Shown: in pieces, positions 56,946 through 64,000 of the stretch
Position numbering within the stretch: position 1 is the first letter of the stretch
How the letters are laid out: every line of letters begins with the position of its first letter
Origin: Bradyrhizobium sp.
GTDB lineage: Bacteria > Pseudomonadota > Alphaproteobacteria > Rhizobiales > Xanthobacteraceae
NCBI GenBank assembly: GCA_036406295.1
Contig: DASWVJ010000054.1
Span: 8,259-72,258 of the forward strand
DNA: 64,000 nucleotides
Reading direction: 5' to 3'
The notes under the pieces: model-generated
Seen by the model: only the letters and a program-made list of their open reading frames with translations
Told to the model about the DNA's origin: nothing
The model's database searches: none
Program-made: the position numbers and the translations under genes

Positions 56946-58544
56946 TCAGTCAAAGAGATTGGCGAGGCGCTGCTTCATCTGGTTGGCGACGTAGAGCGCG
57001 ATGGCCTGGATGGTGGAGGTCGGATTGACGCCGCCCGAGGTGACGAACACGCTGCCGTCGACGATGAACAGGTTCTTCACGTCGTGTGAGCGGCCCCATT
57101 CGTTGACCACGGAACGGTCGGGATCGGTGCCCATCCGCGCCGTGCCGAGCAGGTGCCAGCCACCCCACGGGATCGGGTCGTTGGTGCAGATGTCGGTCGC
57201 GCCGGCGGCTTCGAGAATTTCACGGCCGCGGGCCAGTCCATGGTCCATCATCTTCCGGCTGTTCTCGCTGATCGTGTAATCGATCTTCGGCGCGGGAATG
57301 CCGTGGCTGTCCTTCAGCACCGGATCGAGCGTGACGCGGTTATGCTCCTCCGGCAGGTCCTCGCAGATCGCGGAGACAGCGAGGCGATGGCCATTGAGTC
57401 TACGAAATACGCGGTGATGATCTTCGCCCCACGGCAAGATGCCCTTCTGCTCGCTGGCGACAGCTTCGAACACCGGCCCGGCGCCGCGGCCGAACTGGAT
57501 GCCATAGCCGCGGACGAAGCCGCGCGACAGGTCGGTGTCGTAGAACTCCTTGCTCCACAGGCAGGTCGGCGGCGCGCGGTTAGAGTCAGTTGGCTCCTTC
57601 ACGAAGCCATAGATCTGCGCATAGGGATGGAACATCAGGTTCTTGCCGACCAGGCCGGATGAATTGGCGAGCCCGTTAGGAAAGCGGCCGGAGACCGAGT
57701 TCAGGAGCAGCCGCGGCGTGCCGACGCCGTTGCAGGCGATGATGACGACCTCGGCCGGCTGGAACTGCTCGACGCCATCCTTATCGTAATAAACGACGCC
57801 GGAGGCCATGCCGTGCTCATTGGTCAGGATCTCGCGCACCCGGCAATGCGTGCGCAGCTCGACTCCGGCGCGCAGTGCATGCGGCCAATAGGTGATGTCG
57901 GTGCTCGCCTTGGCGCCCTGCGCGCAGGCTGGCGTGCAATGGCCGAGATTGATGCAGCGCGCACGGCCCTCATAGTCCATCGTCGCGACCGTCGTGTCCG
58001 ACGGCCACCAGTGCCAGCCGAGCTTGTTCATGGCCTTGCCGATGAGCGCGCCGGAACGGCCCATCGGCTGCGGCGGCATCGGCGGCTTCGTCAGCGGCGA
58101 GAGCGGATCGCCTGACAGGCCCGAGGTACCCATCATGCGGTCGTTCTCCTCGAAGAACGGCACCAGCGTATCGTAACCAATCGGCCAGTCGTCGGCGACG
58201 CCGTCGAGCGTCCTGACGCGGAAGTCCGAGGGATGCAGCCGCGGCCAGTGCGCGGTGTACATCACCGTCGATCCGCCGACGCCGTTGAAATTCACCACCT
58301 TGATCGGGGAATTGTCCTCGTTGATCGGATAATCCTCGGCCCGACCGCGGACGTTCGGACTGGTCGACCAGTCGCCATAGAACTTCGCCTCCCAGTCGCG
58401 CCCCGTGCTCGGATATTCCGACGGGTTCATCCAGCCGCCCTGCTCCAGGCAAAGGATGTGCATCTTGGTGTCGGCCAGGCTCCAGGCCACCGCCGCGCCG
58501 GACGCGCCGGCGCCGATGATCAGGACGTCAACGGGGTCGTTCAT
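56946..58544 (-). CDS. GMC family oxidoreductase (flavoprotein subunit)
   Basis: IIGAGASG, GVGGST, DWPI, CINLGHCTPAC, NSSGLVGKNLMFH, HLLGTARMG, VNPTSTI. Confidence 0.93.
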   Translation of the reverse strand: MNDPVDVLIIGAGASGAAVAWSLADTKMHILCLEQGGWMNPSEYPSTGRDWEAKFYGDWSTSPNVRGRAEDYPINEDNSPIKVVNFNGVGGSTVMYTAHWPRLHPSDFRVRTLDGVADDWPIGYDTLVPFFEENDRMMGTSGLSGDPLSPLTKPPMPPQPMGRSGALIGKAMNKLGWHWWPSDTTVATMDYEGRARCINLGHCTPACAQGAKASTDITYWPHALRAGVELRTHCRVREILTNEHGMASGVVYYDKDGVEQFQPAEVVIIACNGVGTPRLLLNSVSGRFPNGLANSSGLVGKNLMFHPYAQIYGFVKEPTDSNRAPPTCLWSKEFYDTDLSRGFVRGYGIQFGRGAGPVFEAVASEQKGILPWGEDHHRVFRRLNGHRLAVSAICEDLPEEHNRVTLDPVLKDSHGIPAPKIDYTISENSRKMMDHGLARGREILEAAGATDICTNDPIPWGGWHLLGTARMGTDPDRSVVNEWGRSHDVKNLFIVDGSVFVTSGGVNPTSTIQAIALYVANQMKQRLANLFD

Positions 58545-58671
58545 TGCAATTTCGTTTCACTCCCACGCCGTCGCCGCTTGGCGGGCGATCGGTCCGGTGT
58601 GACGATAGAGTGAGAAGGCTCGGCTAGTAAAGGAGGCGGAAATCGATACCGCCATGCGCAGGGGTAAGCGC

Positions 58672-59180
58672 TCTCGTTCTCGCGGCACGATCTGCCCGAG
58701 GTTTGCCGTCTCTTGACCCTCTCTTGAGGGCGCAGGGAAAGCCGGGCGCCGACTGCGCCCGCAGCACCGTGTGCAAAAGTGCTACAGAAAACGCACACGG
58801 ATTAGACAGGTACAGCCGAGACATCCCGGCTTTCCCCGCGCAATGGTTTACGGCTTATACGTACTCTCCCCGGTGAGCGGCCTTTATTGTCACCGTTGCC
58901 CCGCCAGCACAGGCCGGCGGGAATAGACGCCAGGGTCGCGGCGCCAGGACCACACGACTTCGCCGTCCGCTGCGAACGTTTCGTCCGGCGAGCAAAGCCC
59001 GCCTGACGCCGCAGCGTCCATCGCAACCCGCGCCAACGTTCCGTGACGATCGCGTTTCGCCCCCTCATGGCGGCGCGGGCTGGGTGCGTCATGCCACTGA
59101 TTTGATACTTCTGTAAAGCAGAATATTTTTCATTGCGAGGCTTGACACGATTCCGGTAAACCGAAGTGATTTGCCCGTCG
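58672..59180. repeat. About 500-bp structured non-coding intergenic element (Bradyrhizobium-type dispersed repeat or candidate ncRNA)
   Basis: No credible ORF; 17-bp long-range IR gcgcagggaaagccggg (58730-58746) / cccggctttccccgcgc (58825-58841); hairpin cggtga..tcaccg (58871-58895); recognised from memory as resembling a repeat common in Bradyrhizobium genomes; boundaries approximate. Confidence 0.6.
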
Positions 59181-59222
59181 TGTTGAATTTGCAACATCTC
59201 TGCTGCCTGTCGTCTTGCCTAC

Positions 59223-60173
59223 TCAATCCACCTTGGCACCGGTAGCTTTCACTACGGCGCTCCAGCGTGCATTCTCGCTCGCGATGAACTCGGCAAACTC
59301 GGCTGAGCCCATCAGGTGCTGGATCACGCCCAGCGTTGCGAATTTGTCGGCGATTTCCTCGGTTTGCACGACCTTGCTGACGGCAGCGTTGAGCGCATCG
59401 ATCCGCTCCTTTGGCGTGCCGGCCGGCGCAACGAACCCGATCCACGCGGCGATGCCGAAGCCGGGGAAGCCCTGCTCGGCGAGGGTCGGAACATCCGGAA
59501 GGGTCAGTATGCGCTGCGAATAGGCGCTCGCGATCGCCCTCAGGCTGCCGGCCTGAACGAAGGGCTGCGTCACCGTTACCGTGTCCATGCCTGCGCTCAC
59601 CACGCCTGCCACCAGATCGGTCATCGCCGGCGGACTGCCACGATAGGGTACGTGCATCAGGCTGATGCCGGCGCGGCGCTTGAAATCCTCCATGCCCAGA
59701 TGCGACAGCGTGCCATTGCCGGAGGAAGAATAGTTGATCTTGTCTGGATTGGCTTTGGCATAGGCGATGAACTCGGCGACGTTATTCACTGGCAGCGACG
59801 GGTTGACCACGAACAGGATCGGCAGGTCGCAGACCAGCGTCACCGGCGCAAAATCCTTCAGCGTGTCATAGCCGACCGACTTGTAGAGATGCGGATTGGC
59901 TACCAGCGAGGCCAGCGGCGCCAGCACCAGCGTTCGGCCGTCCGCTTGCGTCTTCGCCAGCTGGGCCAACGCAATGCTGCCGCCCTGCCCCGGCCGGTTC
60001 TCCACGATAAAGGTCTCGCCGAGGATCGGCCCGATGCGCTCGGCGATCAGCCGGGCCACAATGTCGGTGGCTTGCCCGGCGGGAAAGCCGACCACGATAC
60101 GCGAGATGTCGGCGGCCTTCGCAGACGCAAGGCCAAGGATGAGGGCGACGGCGGTAACGATCAGGCGCTTCAT
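59223..60173 (-). CDS. Bug/TctC substrate-binding protein
   Basis: Signal peptide MKRLIVTAVALILGLASAKA; VVGFPAGQATD, ENRPGQGG, YSSSGNGT, VPYRGS. Confidence 0.92.
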   Translation of the reverse strand: MKRLIVTAVALILGLASAKAADISRIVVGFPAGQATDIVARLIAERIGPILGETFIVENRPGQGGSIALAQLAKTQADGRTLVLAPLASLVANPHLYKSVGYDTLKDFAPVTLVCDLPILFVVNPSLPVNNVAEFIAYAKANPDKINYSSSGNGTLSHLGMEDFKRRAGISLMHVPYRGSPPAMTDLVAGVVSAGMDTVTVTQPFVQAGSLRAIASAYSQRILTLPDVPTLAEQGFPGFGIAAWIGFVAPAGTPKERIDALNAAVSKVVQTEEIADKFATLGVIQHLMGSAEFAEFIASENARWSAVVKATGAKVD

Positions 60174-60183
60174 GGCGTTTCCC

Positions 60184-61395
60184 TCATATGATCTTTGCGC
60201 TGCGCAACCGCGCGATCTCATCCGCCGCAAGGCCGATCGCCCGATAAATTTCCTCATTGTGCTGTCCGATCGAGGGGCCGGTCGAACGCACGCCGCCCGG
60301 TGTCTCCGAGAAACGCGGCACCACGCATTGCATGCGGACATCGCCGAGTTCTTCATCGGGCACGCTGACAATCGCCTCGCGTGCGATGAAGTGCGGGTCG
60401 GTGAAGATGTCAGAAGCGTCATAGATTGGCGAGAAGCCGACCTCATGCGCCGCAAAGCGCGCGCGCAATTCCGCCAGCGTCAGCCTTGCGATGGCACCGC
60501 CAACGATACCGTCCAGCACGTCGCGGTTCTTCACCCGTGAAGGATTGTCGATGAAGCGAGGATCGGTGAGCAGTTCCTTCAGCTCCAGCGCGGCGCAGAG
60601 CCGCTCGAAGATGCTTTGCGTGGAGGCGGCGATCGACGCCCACTTGCCATCGCCCGTCGCATAGATGTTGCCAGGCGCCGCATACTGGCTGCGATTGCCG
60701 CTGCCGGTACGGATCGCGCCAAGCTGGTCGTATTCGATGGCGAGGAAATCGAGCGTGCGCAGCATCGCCTCCGTCATCGAGCAATCTATCTCCTGACCAC
60801 GCGCAATCGGATCCTCTTTCAGCCGGTACAGCGCCGAGAGCACGCCGACTGCACCGAACAGCCCGCCGATCGCGTCAGAGATGGGATAGCCGAGGTGCAG
60901 CGGCGAGCCACCTTCCTCGCCGCACATCCGGGTAAAGCCGCTCATCGCCTCGAAGATGCGGGCAAAGCCCGGCCGGTCGCGATAAGGTCCGGTCTGGCCG
61001 AAGCCGGTCACACGCAGGATCGTGAGTCTCGGATTGATCTCCTGCAGCCACTGCCGCGTGATGCCCCACTGATCGAGCGTGCCGGAGCGAAAATTCTCGA
61101 TCAACACGTCGCGATCGACGAGCAGCCGCTCCAACAGCGCCTTGCCGTCCGGCTTGCGCAGATCGAGCGTGATGCCCTTCTTGTTGCGGTTGGTGACCTT
61201 CCACCACAACGGCACGTCGTTCTTGTGCGGCGCGAGCTCCCGCAGCGGATCGCCCTTGCCGGGCAGTTCCACCTTGATGACGTCCGCGCCGAGATCGGCG
61301 AGCAGTGTCGCAGCAAACGGGCCCGCGACGACGGTGGACATGTCGAGGATGCGAAGGCCGACGAGCGGCCCGGAAAGTTCAGCGACTTGGGTCAT
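60184..61395 (-). CDS. CaiB/BaiF family III CoA-transferase
   Basis: PLVGLRILD..VVAGP, GADVIKVE, NRNKKGITLDL, ENFRSG, GFGQTGPY. Confidence 0.93.
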   Translation of the reverse strand: MTQVAELSGPLVGLRILDMSTVVAGPFAATLLADLGADVIKVELPGKGDPLRELAPHKNDVPLWWKVTNRNKKGITLDLRKPDGKALLERLLVDRDVLIENFRSGTLDQWGITRQWLQEINPRLTILRVTGFGQTGPYRDRPGFARIFEAMSGFTRMCGEEGGSPLHLGYPISDAIGGLFGAVGVLSALYRLKEDPIARGQEIDCSMTEAMLRTLDFLAIEYDQLGAIRTGSGNRSQYAAPGNIYATGDGKWASIAASTQSIFERLCAALELKELLTDPRFIDNPSRVKNRDVLDGIVGGAIARLTLAELRARFAAHEVGFSPIYDASDIFTDPHFIAREAIVSVPDEELGDVRMQCVVPRFSETPGGVRSTGPSIGQHNEEIYRAIGLAADEIARLRSAKII

Positions 61396-61482
61396 GGCAG
61401 TATCCTAGCCGCGGCCCCCGCCATGCTATAAGATCAAGCATGATAAATCAGAATTGCCAGATCGTCATATCCGGGAAACGCC

Positions 61483-62391
61483 ATGGAGTTCAGGCATCTC
61501 AGGGCCTTTGTCGAGGTTGCGACGCAAGGGAGCTATGTCCGCGCTGCAAACACGCTCGGCATTGCGCAATCGGCGTTAAGCCGACAAGTCTCGGCGCTCG
61601 AGCGTGAAGTCGGCGGGCGGCTGTTTCACCGCAATGGCCGCGGCGTGGCATTGACCGAAATCGGCGAGCGCGTGCTGCCGCAGGGCCGCGCGCTGATTGC
61701 CGATACGATTGCGTTCGAACAAGCCGCGCGCAGCCCCGCCGACCGCCCCGCCGGCGAAGTGACTGTTGGCGTCGTCCCGGTTGCATCCCGAATGCTGCTT
61801 GCCGAACTCACCGCGCAGCTTCGCGACGACTATCCGGGCATACGGCTTCGAGTGCTGGAGGACTATAGCGGTCAGGTCGAGGAATGGCTGACCTCCCAAC
61901 GCATCGATATCGCCATCTACAACCGCTACCGCCGGGGCCGTGTCGCCAACTCCGAAGCGATCATGCGCGCGGATACGCATCTGATCGTCCGCAGCAGCCA
62001 CCCAATCGCGCGAGGGCGCGAAGTGCCGCTACGCGCGCTTGCAGAGGTGCCATTGGCACTTCCGGTGCGGCCCAACAGCCTGACCAATCTGCTGACGGGA
62101 CTTGCCGCCGCCCAGCATTTCGAACTCGACATCCGCCTCGAGGGAAGCTCGACGTCGCTGATCGGCGAGGCGATGCGAGCTTCCGACCTTGCCACCATTT
62201 CGCCTGCGCAGGTGTTCGCGCGCGAGATCGCGTCCGGCGAGTTCAGCGCGGTCCGCCTCGTGCGGCCGACGATCGAGCAGACGACGTGGATGTCGTTCGG
62301 CACTCACCGCGCGCTGTCGGCGGCTGCCCAGGTCGTCACCCGGCTGATCCGGAAACTGGCGACAAGGCGGCGCGCCGAACAGAAGCGGTGA
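61483..62391 (+). CDS. LysR family transcriptional regulator
   Basis: MEFRHLRAF, GSYVRAANTLGIAQSALSRQVSALE, LFHRNGRGVALT. Confidence 0.93.
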   Translation: MEFRHLRAFVEVATQGSYVRAANTLGIAQSALSRQVSALEREVGGRLFHRNGRGVALTEIGERVLPQGRALIADTIAFEQAARSPADRPAGEVTVGVVPVASRMLLAELTAQLRDDYPGIRLRVLEDYSGQVEEWLTSQRIDIAIYNRYRRGRVANSEAIMRADTHLIVRSSHPIARGREVPLRALAEVPLALPVRPNSLTNLLTGLAAAQHFELDIRLEGSSTSLIGEAMRASDLATISPAQVFAREIASGEFSAVRLVRPTIEQTTWMSFGTHRALSAAAQVVTRLIRKLATRRRAEQKR

Positions 62392-63246
62392 CTAGCGTCC
62401 GCGCTGTGCCAGGATCTTCTCCGCGGCGCGCAGATGCGGCTTGTCCAGCATCTTGCCGTCCATCTTCACTACCCCGGAGGGATTTCCGGCGAAGGCCGCG
62501 ACGACCCGCTCCGACCAGGCGATTTCCTCGTCTGTCGGCATGAAGGCTGCATTGACAACGTCGACATGCTTGGGATGAATCACGGCCTTGGCGAGGAAGC
62601 CATCGTGCCGCGCGGCGATCGACTCCGCCTTCAATGCCTCGAGATCGTTGATGTCGGCAGCGATGGTGTCGATGGGAACCACGCCTGCCGCTGCGGCCGC
62701 GATCAGGCAAAGATCGCGCGCCAGCACGAACGGCGAGTTGAAGCGGCCATCGGTACGGTTGCGCGAGGCGCCGAGCGAAGCCGCGAGGTCCTCGGCACCC
62801 CACATCATGCCCCACAGCCGCGGGCTCATGTTCTCGAAATCCATCAGCTTCAGCACGGCGCGCGCAGTCTCGGTCGCGACCGTGACGATCCGCGTCGTCC
62901 CCTGCTCGATGCCGGAAGCGGCCTCGAAGGCATCGAGATAGAGCGAAAGCGTGTTGACGTCGGCAGCGCCGGCGCATTTGGGCAGCACGATGCCATCGGG
63001 CTTGCCCGGTATCACAGCGGCGAGATCGCCGAGCGTCAGGCCGGTATCGAGCGCGTTGACGCGGATATACATCTTCTGCGCTGGATTGCGCGCATCCAGC
63101 ATATCCCGCGTGATGCCGCGAGCGGCAACTTTACCCTCCGGCGCGATGGAATCTTCAAGGTCAAGGATCAGCGCGTCCGCCGCAGTCTTCTTGGCGCTTT
63201 CGAATTTCCGGACACTGTCGCCGGGAACGAACAAAAAGGAACGCAT
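62392..63246 (-). CDS. CitE-like CoA ester lyase (HpcH/HpaI aldolase/citrate lyase beta family)
   Basis: RSFLFVPG, ILDLEDSI, IRVN, IVLPK, WGAEDL, KAVIHP, DGKMLDKP. Confidence 0.92.
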   Translation of the reverse strand: MRSFLFVPGDSVRKFESAKKTAADALILDLEDSIAPEGKVAARGITRDMLDARNPAQKMYIRVNALDTGLTLGDLAAVIPGKPDGIVLPKCAGAADVNTLSLYLDAFEAASGIEQGTTRIVTVATETARAVLKLMDFENMSPRLWGMMWGAEDLAASLGASRNRTDGRFNSPFVLARDLCLIAAAAAGVVPIDTIAADINDLEALKAESIAARHDGFLAKAVIHPKHVDVVNAAFMPTDEEIAWSERVVAAFAGNPSGVVKMDGKMLDKPHLRAAEKILAQRGR

Positions 63247-63250
63247 CGCA

Positions 63251-63706
63251 TCACACCTTCGGCTTGCCCAGCATCAACCCGGTGCGGCGGCAGCTTGCCA
63301 CCACCTCGCCGCGCTGGTTGGTCGCGGTGTGCTCGAACTCGACCAGCCCCTGCCCCGGCCGCGACTTGCTCTCGCGCTTGGAGATGATCCTGGTGTGCGC
63401 CCGCAGTGTATCGCCGTGGAACACCGGCTTGGGGAATTTGACGTCGGTCATGCCGAGATTGCCGACGGTGGTGCCGAGCGTGGTGTCGTAGACGGTCATG
63501 CCGATCATGATGGCGAGCGTATAGAGGCTGTTGAACAGCCGCTGGCCGAACTCGGTCTTCTCGGCAAAATGCGCGTCGAGATGCAGCGGCTGCGGATTCA
63601 TGGTCAGCAGGCTGAACATGGTGTTGTCCATCTCGGTCACCGTGCGGGAAAATTCGTGGTGGAATTCCTGGCCCACGACGAAATCCTCGAAATACAGTCC
63701 TGCCAT
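63251..63706 (-). CDS. MaoC family (R)-specific dehydratase/hydratase
   Basis: GLYFEDF, RTVTEMDN, TMNPQPLHLD, FPKPVFHGDTL, NQRGEVV. Confidence 0.92.
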   Translation of the reverse strand: MAGLYFEDFVVGQEFHHEFSRTVTEMDNTMFSLLTMNPQPLHLDAHFAEKTEFGQRLFNSLYTLAIMIGMTVYDTTLGTTVGNLGMTDVKFPKPVFHGDTLRAHTRIISKRESKSRPGQGLVEFEHTATNQRGEVVASCRRTGLMLGKPKV

Positions 63707-64000
63707 CTATCGTCCCTTGTAGTTTGGCGTCCGCTTCTCGACGAACGCCGTCAGCCCTTCCTGACAATCCTCAGTGGTTGCGACCAGCGCAAAGCTCTCG
63801 GCCGCATTCTCGACCGATCGGCGGAAATCGGCGTCGACCGCGCGCATGAACGCGTCGCGGCCGATCTTCATCACGATTGGCGACTTTTCCGCAAGACGCC
63901 GCGCGATCTCGCGGGCGCGATCGAGCGCCGTGCCCTTTGGCACGATCTCGCTGAGCAGGCCCATGCGGAAAGCGGTCGCAGCATCGAAGGGATCGCCGAG
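63707..64000 (-). CDS. Enoyl-CoA hydratase/isomerase family protein, C-terminal part (start outside the window)
   Basis: FDAATAFRMGLLSEIVP...EDCQEGLTAFVEKRTPNYKGR, a crotonase C-terminus. Confidence 0.85.
   Translation of the reverse strand, partial: LGDPFDAATAFRMGLLSEIVPKGTALDRAREIARRLAEKSPIVMKIGRDAFMRAVDADFRRSVENAAESFALVATTEDCQEGLTAFVEKRTPNYKGR

Noticed and set aside
58541-59197. Small ORFs (85, 66 and 131 aa) in the GMC-Bug gap
   Set aside because: No RBS or recognisable domain, and they coincide with the structured repeat element.

Overview
GC-rich alphaproteobacterial chromosome segment. Gene content, Tat signals and intergenic repeat families strongly suggest Bradyrhizobium or a close relative (inference). 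About 59 protein-coding genes; no rRNA, tRNA, CRISPR array or transposase was recognised. In order: (1) a CmpA/NrtA-type binding protein with a sigma54 promoter and NtrC-like sites, an intradiol dioxygenase, a serine hydrolase, an HWE histidine kinase, and LysR and XRE regulators; (2) catabolic genes (FAD monooxygenase, Bug receptor, crotonase, atypical IPMDH/TDH-family enzyme, Zn-ADH, Dpp-type ABC importer, CaiB); (3) an alpha-glucan cluster (glgA, MFS, PRC-barrel, amylo-alpha-1,6-glucosidase, ABC exporter, GT4) with a palindromic, bidirectional sigmaEcfG-type promoter; (4) alkylsulfatase, BVMO, acyl-CoA dehydrogenase, IclR and Bug; (5) a TetR-controlled ABC, atypical SDR, GNAT and DHDPS-like operon with two RutR-like operators and duplicated NMT1-like binding proteins; (6) an FbpABC-like importer; (7) the most striking locus, a compact periplasmic operon iorAB-like molybdoenzyme, fccB/soxF, soxX, soxY (non-canonical AACTE arm), soxZ, soxA, with no soxB or soxCD; (8) HtrA, an FAD oxidoreductase, a GMC oxidoreductase pair, a ~500-bp structured intergenic repeat, and a CaiB/LysR/CitE/MaoC/crotonase cluster resembling itaconate/citramalyl-CoA catabolism. 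Start codons were chosen by eye from RBS position and family length and are approximate.
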